In this document: positions 13,242 to 26,130 of the stretch, piece by piece
Layout of the letters: every line of letters begins with the position of its first letter
Position numbering within the stretch: position 1 is the first letter of the stretch
Assembly (NCBI RefSeq): GCF_006345805.1
Contig: NC_043000.1
Span: forward strand, 153,140,001-153,204,000
Source: Octopus sinensis
Taxonomy: Eukaryota
Length of the DNA: 64,000 nt
Reading direction: 5' to 3'
Notes under the pieces: model-generated
What the model was told of the DNA's origin: nothing
The model's database searches: none
What the model saw: the letters and a program-made list of their open reading frames with translations, nothing else
Program-made: the position numbers and the translations under genes

Positions 13242-14025
13242 CAGTGAGCTGGCAGAATTGTTAGCACGCCGGACGAAATGCGTAGCCGTATTTCGTCTGC
13301 CGTTACGTTCTGAGTTCAAATTCCGCCGAGGTCGACTTTATCTTTCATCCTTTCGGGGTCGATAAATTAAGTACCAGTTACGCACTGGGGTCGATATAAT
13401 CGACTTAATCCGTTTGTTTGTCCTCTTTGTGTTTAGCCCCTTGTGGGTAGTAAAGAAATAGGTATTTCGTCTGCCGTTATGTTCTGAGTTCAAATTCCAC
13501 CGAGGTCGACTTTGCCTTTCATCCTTCCGGGGTCGATTAAATAAGTACCAGTTACGCACTGGGGTCGATGTAATCGACTTAATCCCTTTGTCTGTCCTTG
13601 TTTGTCCTGTCCGTGTTTAGCCCCTTGTGGGTAGTAAAAAAATAGGTATTTCGTCTGCCGTTACGTTGTGAGTTCAAATTCCACCGAGATCGACTTTGCC
13701 TTTCATCCTTTCGGGGTCGATTAAATATGTACCAGTTACGCACTGGGGTCGATATAATCGACTTAATCCCGTTGTTTGTCCTTGTTTGTCCCCTTGTGGG
13801 TATAAAGAAATAAGAATTGTTAGCACGCAGGACAAAATGCTTATCGGCATTTCTTCCAGCTTAGCGTTCTGAATTCAAATTCTGCCAATGTCGGCTTTGC
13901 TCTTTCATCATTTCAGAGCCGATAAAATTTGCACATCAGTACCAGTCAAGCTCTGAGGTCAATGTAATCAACTATCCCTCTTACCAATAAAAAATTTCAG
14001 GCTTTGTATCCATAGTAGAAAGAGT
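13242..14025 (+). mobile_element. SINE family B tandem array (three young units plus one old unit)
   Basis: Head at 13242. Units restart at ggtatttcgtctgccg at ~13461 and ~13645. A fourth diverged unit from ~13814 has a different tail. Confidence 0.9.
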
Positions 14026-14484
14026 TATATATCTTCCTATCTCCCTAATATATATTCATTCAATCTTTTCATTTTTTTTCTTTAAATTTATTCTTTCTCT
14101 ATTGTTCCTTTCTTTTTTTTTCCCTTCCCATAGTCATCTTTCAGAATAATCTTCAAATATTACCACTTGCCTTTCGGTTTTTGCACATTTCACATTACAC
14201 ACATCAAACACCAGCAAATCGCCTTTCGTACCTCTTCCTCTGTGACATCCTCTCCCCGCTCTCCTTTCGCTTTTGTTGTTCTTCATCTGTACCAACTGCT
14301 AAAGCTATCATTCACTCATCAATTGCTCTTTGCCTGAACATACATTTATTCCATTTCACTCGCTCATGACTTTCCACACCTGAACGGTTAAACGCTTCAC
14401 TCAGTAAGGTTTTATACTTACACATTTCTAATATTCTTTGTTGTCTTCCTGGCATTTCTCCACAATTTTCTCGTTGCTGATTTT

Positions 14485-14745
14485 ATTGTTGTTGTTGTTA
14501 TTGTTGTTGTTGTTGTTGTTGTTATTGTTGCTGCCGCTTTCGTTCTTACTGCTACTAGTACAAACTTCCTTCTTCTTCTTCTTCTTCTTCTTCTTCTTCT
14601 TCTTCTTCTCTTCTCTTCTTCTTCTCTTCTTCTTCTTCTTCTTCTTCTTCTTCTTCTTCTTCTTCTCCTCCTCCTCCTCTTCTTCTTCTTCTTCTTCTTC
14701 TTCTTCTTCTTCTTCTTCTTCTTCTTCTTCTTCTTCTTCGTCTTC
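14485..14745. repeat. (TTG)n and (CTT)n microsatellites
   Basis: Direct reading. Confidence 0.95.
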
Positions 14746-14880
14746 TTTGTTCTTTTCGTGCGGTGATGGTGCTGTGTTCTGACCATGGATAGCTATCTAG
14801 TTTGATGTCATCATCACCAACAACATCATGAATATCATCACCATCACAACTATCAGCAACACTATATATATATTCTTTCA

Positions 14881-15085
14881 TTCTTTTATTATTTCAGTCA
14901 TTTGACTGCGGCCATGCTGGAGCACCGCCTTTCCTCGAACGAATCGACCTGAGGATTTCTTTGTAAGCTTGGTACTTATTCTATTGGGTACTTTTGCCGA
15001 ACCGCTAGGTGACTGGGACGCAAAACACCAGCATCGGTTGTCAAGTGATGTTGGGGTAACAAACAGAGACACACAAACATATACA
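14881..15085 (-). mobile_element. SINE family A, 3' half
   Basis: Tail and 3' domain only, ending at the internal microsatellite. Confidence 0.8.
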
Positions 15086-15125
15086 GACACTCCCACATAT
15101 ATATTATATGTATTATATATGTATG

Positions 15126-15149
<24 letters not shown>

Positions 15150-15182
<33 letters not shown>

Positions 15183-15958
15183 ATGCATGTATATATATAT
15201 ATGTGTATCTGTAAACATCCCTCTGGTAAACATCCATTACTTTATATCTTCTGAAGAAATGAATACATGAAGATGATCAAACCGATACCCACGGATACTG
15301 CGGACTACACTGAAGATCATTCCAGGAATACGGAGAGTGATCTTAAGAGACATGACACCTGCAGAAACGCGCGTAGCGCTGCATTAAATATTTCTAAATT
15401 CATCCAAGGATTTTTCTTATATCACTATATACGCATATATATATATATTTATACACAAGCACACACACACAGGTATATATATATTTTCTTTTATTCTTTT
15501 ACTTGTTCGACTAAAGGCGGTGCTCCATGCTTGAGCATCGCCATTAGTCGAAAAAATCGACCCCAGGACATACTCTTTGAGAGCCTAGTACCTATTCTAT
15601 CGGCCTCTTTTTTTCGAACCGCTAGAAGCCAGGGTCGTAAACACACCAGCATCGGTTGTCAAGCAATGGTGGAGGGACGCAAATAACAATACACACACAC
15701 ACACACACATAGATATGACGGGCTTCTTTCAATTTCGTCTACCAAATCCACTCACAAGTCTTTGGTAGGCCGAGGCTATAGTAGAAAACTCTTGGCCAAG
15801 GTGCTACGCAGTGGGACTGAACCCGGAACTATGTGGTTGGGAAGCAAGCTTCTTGCCACACTGCCACTCCTGAGCCTTTGTTCGTTCGAATATGTATGTG
15901 TGTGTGTGTGTGTGTGCGTGTGTGTATGTGTGTGTGTATGTGCGTGTGTGTGTGTGTG

Positions 15959-15991
<33 letters not shown>

Positions 15992-16775
15992 CATGTATAT
16001 ATATATATGTGTATCTGTAAACATCCCTCTGGTAAACATCCATTACTTTATATCTTCTGAAGAAATGAATACATGAAGATGATCAAACCGATACCCACGG
16101 ATACTGCGGACTACACTGAAGATCATTCCAGGAATACGGAGAGTGATCTTAAGAGACATGACACCTGCAGAAACGCGCGTAGCGCTGCATTAAATATTTC
16201 TAAATTCCATCCAAGGATTTTTCTTATTATCACTATATACGCATATATATATATATTTATACACAAGCACACACACACAGGTATATATATATTTTCTTTT
16301 ATTCTTTTACTTGTTCGACTAAAGGCGGTGCTCCATGCTTGAGCATCGCCATTAGTCGAAAAAATCGACCCCAGGACATACTCTTTGAGAGCCTAGTACC
16401 TATTCTATCGGCCTCTTTTTTTCGAACCGCTAGAAGCCAGGGTCGTAAACACACCAGCATCGGTTGTCAAGCAATGGTGGAGGGACGCAAATAACAAATA
16501 CACACACACACACACATAGATATGACGGGCTTCTTTCAATTTCGTCTACCAAATCCACTCACAAGTCTTTGGTAGGCCCGAGGCTATAGTAGAAAACTCT
16601 TGGCCAAGGTGCTACGCAGTGGGACTGAACCCGGAACTATGTGGTTGGGAAGCAAGCTTCTTGCCACACTGCCACTCCTGAGCCTTTGTTCGTTCGAATA
16701 TGTATGTATGTGTGTGTGTGTGTGCGTGTGTGTATGTGTGTGTGTATGTGCGTGTGTGTGTGTGTGTGTGTGTGT
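15150..16775. repeat. ~807 bp near-identical tandem duplication, each unit containing a SINE A copy on the minus strand
   Basis: gtaaacatccctctgg occurs at 15211 and 16017. Outside the microsatellites the units differ mainly by single-base indels. Confidence 0.95.
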
Positions 16776-17024
16776 ATTGGGTTGGTGCATAATTATTGCG
16801 GCTTGTTTTCAACAAATTTTATTCAGCAAAAAAAAACTACAACATCTAACAAAAGCATCTTTAAATGATTATTCCGGAGCATATTCACCAGCTACTTCAA
16901 TTACTGCTTCCCATCTGTTTGGTAGACTGTCAGACCGTCATTTGAAAATGTTTTGTTAACTATTGTTATTGTTTTTGTTGAATAAAATTTGTTGAAAAAA
17001 TGCCGCAATAATTATGCACCAATA
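16775..17024 (-). mobile_element. Internally deleted mariner (MITE-like)
   Basis: TIRs TA-ttgggttggtgcataattattgcggc / gccgcaataattatgcaccaa-TA. The internal minus strand reads DSLPNRWEAVIEVAGEYA, a mariner transposase C-terminus. Confidence 0.8.
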
Positions 17025-17109
17025 CATATGTATGTATATATGTATGTATGTATGTATGTATGCATGCATGTATGTATGTAGTATGTATGTATGTATGTAT
17101 GTATGTATG

Positions 17110-17140
<31 letters not shown>

Positions 17141-17574
17141 GTAGGTATGTACGTATGTATGTATGTATGTATGTGTGTATGTATGTATGTATGTATGTAT
17201 GTATGTATGTGTGTATGTATGCATGTATGTATATGTGTATGTATGTATATACATATGCATACTAACATATATACATAAATATATTCAGACAAATGCAAGG
17301 GTTTTTGCGTATGCATGTATATGAGTTGCATTCCAGAAGTTTTGAGACTCTTAGGGGAGGCACTTGTAACTGTCCTAAACTACTGAAATTTTAGTATTTC
17401 ATTACTACGAATCTAATAAGCTAACTTGCCAGCTTTTGTCATTCTAAATTGAAGGAAACGGTTGTAATAGCAGTTTTAACACACCCTACTAAACAAGGCT
17501 TCTTACAACTGACTCGTTTGCAGAATGCAGCTGGGACTCGTTCGCAGAATGCAAGTTCGCAGAATGCAAGTTCG

Positions 17575-17660
17575 CTACGCAACAAAATTTTGTGTTAAAC
17601 TGGGGGGAAAATCACAGCAGAAACCTATGAAATGCTTTAGACTGCTTAGGAATTAACTTT
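17575..17660 (+). pseudogene. Mariner transposase N-terminal remnant
   Basis: KFCVKLG...TAETYEML*TA, with a frameshift. Confidence 0.55.
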
Positions 17661-17839
17661 TATGGTCCAAACATTTGTTTTTCGCTTTTACAAAAGGCCA
17701 CTCACTAAGCATTGGTCCGCGGACGTAGTTAGTGGATCATACTAATCCAAAGTGCCACGCTGTAGGACTGAACACGAAACCATATGGTTCCGAGGCGAAT
17801 TTCTGAACGACAGAGCCACGCCTGTGCCTATATATAAAA

Positions 17840-18098
17840 ATAAATAAAATGCGCCCTTTTAAAGCCTAGCCAGGCTCATGGGCCCGGTTTCCCGGTTTCC
17901 ATGGCGTATGAGTTCCACAGCTGGACGGGACGCCAGTCCATCGCAGCGTTACTCATTTTTGCCAGCTGAGTGGACTAGAGCAACGTGAAATGAAGTCTTT
18001 TGCTCAAGAACACAACGCGTCGCCCGGTCGAGGAATCGAAACCACAATCTTACGATCATGATACTGACACCCCTAACCACTAAGCCAGGCGCCTCCAC
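17840..18098 (-). mobile_element. SINE family C, full length
   Basis: Reverse complement of 10147-10410 with few substitutions. Confidence 0.88.
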
Positions 18099-18546
18099 AC
18101 ACACACACACACATACACACACACATATATATATAGGCGGCTATATATGTATGTGTGCGTGTGTGTGTATGTGTTTGCTTGTGTACGTGTGTGCGTGTGC
18201 GTGCGTATAAACATGTATAGCCCCTTTATTCCTTTATAGGACTTCCTGTTCTTTTCCCTTTTGTTACTGTTACGTTGTTACAGTTATACATATGTCATAG
18301 ATATTTGCATTGATGCTTTTGTTATTGTAGTAGTAGCTGTAATTCTTCTTCTTCTTCTTCTTCTTCTTCTTCTTCTTCTTCTTCTTCTTCTTCCGCCACT
18401 TCCTCCTCCTACGAGCATTTCTGTGGCCGGTGATCCTGTCAACATAGCATGAACATCACCATCACAATCAGCAACACCTACACCACCGAATACCACTGAT
18501 TTTACTAGCATCACCGCTACCGCCGTCACCACTACAACCACCACCT

Positions 18547-18581
<35 letters not shown>

Positions 18582-18600
18582 GATGATGATGATGATGGTG

Positions 18601-18637
<37 letters not shown>

Positions 18638-19147
18638 TTTTAAATTTCCAACAAATATCCTTTCAAGAACCATTAATCTATTTGCCATATTTCTCTTATT
18701 CTTCCATGACAATATTTCTTAATGTTCTGTTAATCAACAACATTTTCTCTCCACACCCCTTCTTCTCCCGTATTTCCTCGTCGTACTGTTCTTCTTTGAA
18801 GTCAACCTCATCTTCCGGGTCCCTTTACATTTTCTACTCCGTCATAATATCCGTATGGTATTATGGTCATAATGCCCTCTTGAACGCCTACACTCAATTA
18901 ATTTTCATTCTTCAGTTGCTACTACAACAACGACAGCAACAAGTACAACAACAACAACAAATAATGATAGCAATAATCTTTTTTTTATTAGCCACAAGGG
19001 ACGCAAAAAGAACAGTGGGGATTTTTTTACGAAAGAACGTGTAAACAATATAAAAAAAGAGCGACAACCGTTGAAAAAACGAATTCTAAAAAAATAAACC
19101 CCCTATAAGAGGAGGGGGGGGGGAAATAATAATGGCTTCAAATTTTG

Positions 19148-19636
19148 GCGCAGGAGTGGCTGTGTGGTAAATAGCTTGATTACCAACCACATGGTTCCGG
19201 GTCCAGTCCCACTGCGTGGCATCTTGGGCAAGTGTCTTCTGCTATAGCCCCGGGTCGACCAATGCCTTGTGAGTGGAGTTGGTAGACGGAAACTGAAAGA
19301 AGCCTGTCGTATATATGTGTATATATATATATATTATTATATATATATTATATTATATATTATATATATGTAGTGTGTGGGGTTATGTGTGTGTGTGTTG
19401 TGTGTGGTGTGTGTGTGTATATATGTTTGTGTGTCTGTGTTTGTCTCCCTAGCATTGCTTGACAACCGATGCTGATGTGTTTACGTCTCCATCACTTAGC
19501 GGTTCGGCAAAAGAGACCGATAGAATAAGTACTGGGCTTACAAAGTATAAGTTCCGGGGTCGATTTGCTCGATTAAAGGCGGTGCTCCAGCATGGCCACA
19601 GTCAAATGACTGAAACAAGTAAAAGAGTAAAGAGTA
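19148..19636 (+). mobile_element. SINE family A, full length, followed by older SINE B copies (19637-20075, minus strand)
   Basis: Complete head and tail with an expanded internal microsatellite. Confidence 0.88.
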
Positions 19637-19822
19637 AGGGCAGCAAATTTTGGGGAAAAAGTAAGTCGATTATATCGACCCTAGTGTTCAACTGGTGCGT
19701 ATTTTATCGACCCCAAAATGATGAAAGGCAAATTTGATCTTAGCGGAATTTGAACTCAGAACGTAAAGAGGGGCGAAATGCATTTTGCCCGGTGCGTTAA
19801 CGATTCTTTCAGCTCCCCACCT

Positions 19823-19869
<47 letters not shown>

Positions 19870-20091
19870 TAATAATAATAATAATCCTTTCTACAATAGG
19901 CACAAAGCTTGAAATGTGGGGGTTAATCGATTACACCGACCCCAGTGTTTCACTGGTACATAATTTATCTACCCCGAATGGATGAAAGTAAAGTCGACCT
20001 CGGCGGAATTTGAACTCGGACGAAGTACTGCTAAGCATTTCGCCCAGCGTTCTAACGTTTCTTCCAACTCCTCACCTTCATAATAATAATG

Positions 20092-20152
<61 letters not shown>

Positions 20153-20174
20153 AAATAATAATAATAATAATAAT

Positions 20175-21130
20175 AGAAGAAGAAGAAGATGATGAAGAAA
20201 CAACAAAAGCTATAAAACAAATGAAATCCAAACTAAAAATAGAACAGCAACGAGCCATGATAAAACGATGGCAAGAAAAGCCCCTTCATGGTAAATACTG
20301 CACTAAACTAAACGCAAAAGAAATAGACAAAGAAAAATCCCAGCAATGGTTGAGAAGCTCAGGACTCAAAGCAGAAACAGAGGGATTTTTAATTGCAGCA
20401 CAAGACCAAAGCCTCCCCACCAGAAATTACCAAAAACATGTAATGAAAAGAAATATTACAAGTAACTGCAGAATATGTGGAGATGGACAAGAAACAATAA
20501 ATCATATTATCTCTAGCTGCCCAGTCCTGGCTAAGAAGGAATATATTCACAGACATGACAGAGTTGGAACCTACATACATTGGAAGCTATGCCAACATTA
20601 TGGAATAACAACAGAAAAAAGATGGTATAGGCACCACACCAGAAAAGGTCACAGAAAACGAGAAAGCAACCATACTCTGGGATATGCCGATACACACAGA
20701 TAGAGAAATTAAGGCCAACAGACCAGATATAGTTGTCAGAGATCATGAAGAAAAAAAATGCTTTCTAATTGATGTATCAATACCGGCAGATGACAACGTG
20801 TCTAAAAGAAATGGAGAAACTCTCAAAATACAAAGACCTGAAAATAGAGGTAACTAGATGTGGAATCTAAAAGCAGAAACAATTCCTATCATAGTAGGTG
20901 CATTAGGCATGATAAAAAAATATTCAGACAAATACATAACAAAAACACCAGGACTTACAAACACATATAACATACAGAAAATTGCACTACTGGCACTGCA
21001 CACATCCTACGCATAACACTTTCCATACAATAACCATCAGAGCATCACAACAAATCACAGCACATACCCAAGGCAGACAGAGCTGCGCTCGGTAGTGAAG
21101 TGAAAGCACGCTATAAAAATAAAACTACTG
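20175..21130 (+). mobile_element. 5'-truncated R4/Dong-clade non-LTR retrotransposon (CCHC knuckle + RLE endonuclease + 3' UTR) in (TAA)n
   Basis: WQEKPLHG...LKAETEGFLIAAQDQSLPTRNY...CRICGDGQETINHIISSCPVLAKKEYIHRHD, then across frameshifts ILWDMPIHTDREIKANRPDIV...LIDVSIP...IPIIVGALG. (TAA)n lies on both sides, the known Dong target. Confidence 0.92.
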
Positions 21131-21151
21131 AATAATAATAATAATAATAAT

Positions 21152-21374
21152 TTATTTCTTTACTGCCCATAGGGGACTATACATAGAGGGGACAAAGAAA
21201 GGGATTAAGTCGATTACATCGACCCCGGTGCGCAACTGGTACTTATTTAATCGACTCCGAAAGGATGAAAGTGAAAGTCGACCTCGGCGGAATTTGAACT
21301 CAGAACGTAACGGCAGACGAAATACCGCTAAGCATTTTCGCACAGCATTCTAACGTTTCTTCCAGCTCGCCGCC

Positions 21375-21375
<1 letters not shown>
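21152..21375 (-). mobile_element. SINE family B, full length
   Basis: Head ggcggcgagctgg through tail gggcagtaaagaaata, sitting inside (TAA)n. Confidence 0.88.
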
Positions 21376-21425
<50 letters not shown>

Positions 21426-21429
21426 TAAC

Positions 21430-21476
<47 letters not shown>

Positions 21477-21949
21477 TGATGATGATGATGATGATATCAC
21501 CAACAGAAAAGTATTAGTTAATTGAAAAGAAGAGATAGCATGGTAGCGTAATCTTTCCACTATATCTAAAACGCTTGAAATATTTTAGGTGAAGGAGACT
21601 GGTCGATTATATCGATCTCAGAACTTAACTGGTACCTTATTTTATCAACTCCAAAAAGGAAAAGTTGATCCCGGCGGAATTTGAACTCAGAACTCAAAAT
21701 ATCAGAAGAAATACCTCAGACCATTTAGTCCGACCCCGGAAAGATGAAAGCGGAAGCCGACTTCGGTGAAATTTGAATTCAGAACATAAAAAGCCGGAAG
21801 AAATAACCTAAGCATTTCATTCGAGGCGCTAACGATTCTGTCAGTTCACCGACCTAAATAATCTTAAAAAAAATTGTATCAAATTCTGACTGAACGCCAG
21901 CAACTTCGTGGGAGGGGTTAGTCAATTATATCGATCACTGATGCAGTAC

Positions 21950-22460
21950 CAGACAGTGGTTCGCGTGGCTTCTGATCTTAACTGATTGGAAGTGTTAACA
22001 TGTATGTGTTTAGTCTTGGTATAAAAGATGGGCTACAGCAAATATTGTGATCAATACCGCAGATTTGTTTGTCAGCTGCTGGATCTTAACCAATATGTGC
22101 ATCTCTGTTCTCGAGCAGGAGTAGTCGGGAAGCATCATAGCTATATGTTGAGAGGAATTCTTTGGAGTTTTAATAATTCATCCCCGACAACATGGGCGTT
22201 TCCGTTTATCATCCTTCAATAACCGTTTTCAGGGACCTTTTGAGCGAGATGGGCTACTCATCCTGAAGAAATTCCAGTTGCACCCTACTTGCAAGGGCAT
22301 GCACTATTTAACTTGTTATGAGGTCACCATGTCACGCACATATCGTTGTGATGCATGTACCTGGTGTACCCTAATCAGACGGCGAGTCTTGATGGGTATA
22401 TTGAGTTCGGTATATTTGTACCCCAGTGTCACTTTGATGGCGTGCGCTGTGCTCTCTCAA
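21950..22460 (+). mobile_element. Unclassified interspersed repeat whose right end abuts a trinucleotide repeat
   Basis: Homologous to 49590-49930 (gagcatcatagc...cagggaccttttgagc...gtcactttgatggc...ctctctc). Followed by (CAA)n here and (TAA)n in the other copy. Confidence 0.75.
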
Positions 22461-22536
22461 CAAGAACAAGAACAACAACAAGAACAACAACAACAACAAC
22501 AACAACAACGATGGTGGTGGTGGTGACGATGATGAT

Positions 22537-22885
22537 TTATTTTATTTGCCACAAGGGCATCAATTAAGTGGACATTAAGAGAAAAGTTTATAATTGAGGT
22601 GGTATATAAAAGATTAGGGAAAGGGAGAGGAAAATGAGGCCAAATATACATTGTATACAAAGTATGTGCACATATAGACAATACAGTCCTCTTGATGCAG
22701 GGTAACTTCCGACTAGCGCCAATCAAGAAGCCCCATAGATACAAGATCACCCTGATCGCGAAGGGCACAAGCTTTCGCCCAGCTGTTGTTCTCCAATATA
22801 CAGGCACATGAGTAAGTGCATTCATCATAATCATTTGTGTCACACTCACTGAACTTTTTACAAATTCACCCGGGAAGAACACTTT
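22537..22885 (-). mobile_element. Probable LINE 3' end (ORF2 tail + UTR + AATAAA)
   Basis: The minus strand ends ...cccttgtggcaaataaaataaa. A similar terminus ccttgtggctaataaa is at ~18980-19000. Clade not determinable. Confidence 0.45.
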
Positions 22886-23029
22886 CCTCTCTACTGTTTC
22901 AGTCTTAATATCTTTAGAGCAATATTTTTTTCAATGAATATCTTACAATATCTTTAGTACAATGTTGATAAAGCTTTCAAATGTGTAGACATATATAGAC
23001 ATGATCTTCTAAAAGCATATGAAATGCTT

Positions 23030-23270
23030 ATACCTACCTACCTACCTACCTACCTACCTACCTACCTACCTACCTACCTACCTACCTGCCTACCTACCTA
23101 CCTACCTCCCTACCTACCTACCCACCTACCTACCTACCTACCTGCCTACCTACCTACCTACCTACCTACCTACCTGCCTACCTACCTACCTACCTACCTA
23201 CCTACCTACCTACCTACCTACCTACCTACCTACCTACATACCTACCTACCTACCTACATACATACATACA

Positions 23271-23304
<34 letters not shown>

Positions 23305-23305
23305 C
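23030..23305. repeat. (TACC)n grading into (TACA)n
   Basis: Direct reading. Confidence 0.95.
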
Positions 23306-23584
23306 ATACTAAACTGGATCTCTTCTTGTCAAGGGTTCCAGATGAACCTACCTCTCGGCAGGAAACACAGATGCGGGCAGCGGCATCGAACTCCCTTGTT
23401 GAGGAAGTGCCACGTATCAGAGGTGGTTTCACATACTAGTGTAGCTCATTCAACGGTAGTGCCCCAGCATGGCCGCAGCTTTCGGGCTGAAACATTTTAA
23501 AGGATTTCTACATACATACATACATACATGCATACATACATACATACATACATACATACATACATACATACATACATACATACA

Positions 23585-23976
23585 ACTGTTCTGCTGATGG
23601 GAATATCGCTTTGAAAATCAAAGAGAAAGACAACTATGGACAAATGCTTTGAAACTTCTAGCTTCTTTATCAGGATAACAAATTTACATTTATATCAATA
23701 ATAATTGGAGCACTTAGTTTTGTAAATAATTGTCTAACTAACTGTCAGTCTGAATAAGCTTAAATTTTTAGAAAAAGAGTTCAACCAATTTATTCGCACA
23801 TTATAAATACAATCTGTAAGCGGAACAGTAAAACTATGCAAGACTTTCCTCAAGATAAAATGTGAAATTGTTTTCTTTATCTACGTTCCAAAGGTGGAGC
23901 TTTGTATCTTTGTATCCTTTGTTAGAAATCAGCTCCTCATTCAGAGGAAGAGCTCAAATGATTAGAAACAGAAATG
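23585..23976 (+). mobile_element. 3' fragment of an RLE-type non-LTR retrotransposon in (TACA)n
   Basis: ADGNIALKIKEKDNYGQML*NF*LLYQDNKFTFISIIIGALSFV...L*IQSVSGTVKLCKTFLK. This resembles the RLE C-terminus (EK..Y..L...P.IIGALG...LQ...GT). Flanked on both sides by (CATA)n. Confidence 0.7.
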
Positions 23977-24419
23977 ACATACATACATACAAACATACAT
24001 ACATACATACATACATTCATACATACATACATGCAGACATACATACATACATACATACATACATACATACATACATACATACAAACATACATACATACAT
24101 ACATGCATGCATACATACATACATACATACATACATACATACATGCAGACATACATACATAAATACATACATACATAATACATACATACATACATACATA
24201 TATACATATATACATACATATATACATATATACATACATGCATACATACATACATGCATACATACATACATACATACATACATACATACATACATACATA
24301 CATGCATGCATACATACATACATACATACATACATACATACGTACATACATACATACATACATACATACATACATACATACATACATACATACATGCATA
24401 CATACATACATACACACAT

Positions 24420-24795
24420 ACTAATGTGACTATCTCTTCGAAAATCAAACAGAGAGGAATAACTCTGAACAACTGCTTCAACACCTCCAGATTCTGTACC
24501 CAGATTATAAATTCGCATTTATACCAACATCGATCGATGTACATGGTTTTGTAAGTGTGTAAGCCACAATCTGATTAAGTTGGGGTTTTCATGAAAAGAA
24601 AATCAACCAATTAACACGCAGGTCACAAATGCAATCTGGAAGCGGAATATTAAAAAAAATGTAAGGCTCTTCTCAAGTTCAAAATGTGAATTTGTTTTAG
24701 TTCTCAACATTCCAATGACGGAGCTTTGTATCTCTGTTAGAAATCAGTTCCTTCTCTACAGGAAGATTTCATGTAATTAAAACTAGAAAAGATAC
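24420..24795 (+). mobile_element. Second diverged 3' fragment of the same RLE family in (TACA)n
   Basis: QLLQHLQILYPDYKFAFIPTSIDVHGFV...LIKLGFS...QMQSGSG...CKALLKFKM*. Its 3' UTR is homologous to copy 1 (ggagctttgtatct...ttagaaatcag..cct...aggaaga) and ends in atacatac. Confidence 0.7.
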
Positions 24796-25084
24796 ATACA
24801 ATTTCATATGTATGGCTGTGTGCGTGTGTATATCAGTGCGGAATATATATATATATAAAGTGGAAGAATAATCATTGGTATGCTGATAGTGGTGATGATT
24901 CCACAGAGAGTAAAAGATCTCTTAGTAATTCCATACGAAAGGCCTGATGGTGAGACAACTTGCATAGCTCAATAATAAAAAAAAGCCTCACATAGCTGAG
25001 GCTCTCGAGGCGTGGAGAATTAATAGTCCGATTTTATGCAGTAGACAGATGCACTGAATGTTGGATAATGCATTTAGGGCAGCT

Positions 25085-25147
25085 AATGATGCTGCTGCTG
25101 CTGCTGTTGATGATGATGATGATGATAATGATGATGATGATGAGGGC

Positions 25148-25195
<48 letters not shown>

Positions 25196-25241
25196 GATGA
25201 TGATGATTATGATGATGATGGCGATGATGATGATGATGATT

Positions 25242-25282
<41 letters not shown>

Positions 25283-25305
25283 GATGGTGGTGATGATGAT
25301 GATTG
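25085..25305. repeat. (GAT)n microsatellite
   Basis: Direct reading. Confidence 0.95.
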
Positions 25306-25678
25306 ATGGTGAAAATGCTTTATATGAATATATCTGCTGTAACGCTTAGAGAAGGTAGTGCTGCAATGCACCCGTTTCATTCCTTCAAATACACTTCCTC
25401 CACCCGACTCATCCCCATTTCCTTTCCATCTGTCTTTGTCTTTCTCGACCTTTTCTTTACCCAAACTCTTCGTTGATACATGTACATAGACAAATACAGC
25501 CATATACACACCATACAGGTGCTCACACACAATTACACACACATAGAAACACATGTTTTTCTCTCTCTCTGAATATATATATATATATATAATATATATA
25601 TATTATATATATATATATTATATATATATATATAATCTAATATATATATATATATATATATCGAGAGAGAAAGAAAGT

Positions 25679-25711
<33 letters not shown>

Positions 25712-26130
25712 CGTTAGACAGATAAAGCGAAAGCAAGCGAGATAAATACACGCAATTTTCGTAAATTTAAATTGAATTTTATTACCTACTAGTAATGACT
25801 ATATATATTTTTGGAATAAACACGTGGTAATCAAAAAAATAATCATTATCCTCATCCTTCTTATCATCAGTTTCATCACCTTTATTATCACTACTATCTT
25901 TATCACCATTTCCCTAATCGTCATCACCATTGCTATAAGTATTACAAGGATTCCGAATCATGGAATCGATACAAGGCCGGGGCAAAATGCTTGTCAGTAT
26001 CTAGACCTGTGATCCTTCCGAGATATCGATGACTTAAACTTTCCCCTCAAATGTGTACATTAACCACTCGCCACATCACGGGTCACATATCTTGGTTTAT
26101 TATTTAAGCTTACGTCGATTGTTTTGCATT

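Noticed and set aside
13242-13813. Regularly repeated units suggesting a CRISPR array
   Set aside because: Units are ~180 bp SINE bodies without unique spacers. The context is eukaryotic and there are no cas genes.
23862-24554. Long ORFs made of HTYI/MYVC/YIYI, poly-D, poly-I or poly-K (also ~6957-7545, 14418-14881, 25058-25349, 38653-39245, 50158-50561, 59584-60399)
   Set aside because: These are translations of stop-free microsatellite frames, not genes.
24977-25003. Hairpin plus poly-T on the minus strand (agcctcagctatgtgaggctttttttt) resembling a bacterial terminator
   Set aside because: Isolated, with no bacterial gene context. Plausibly chance.
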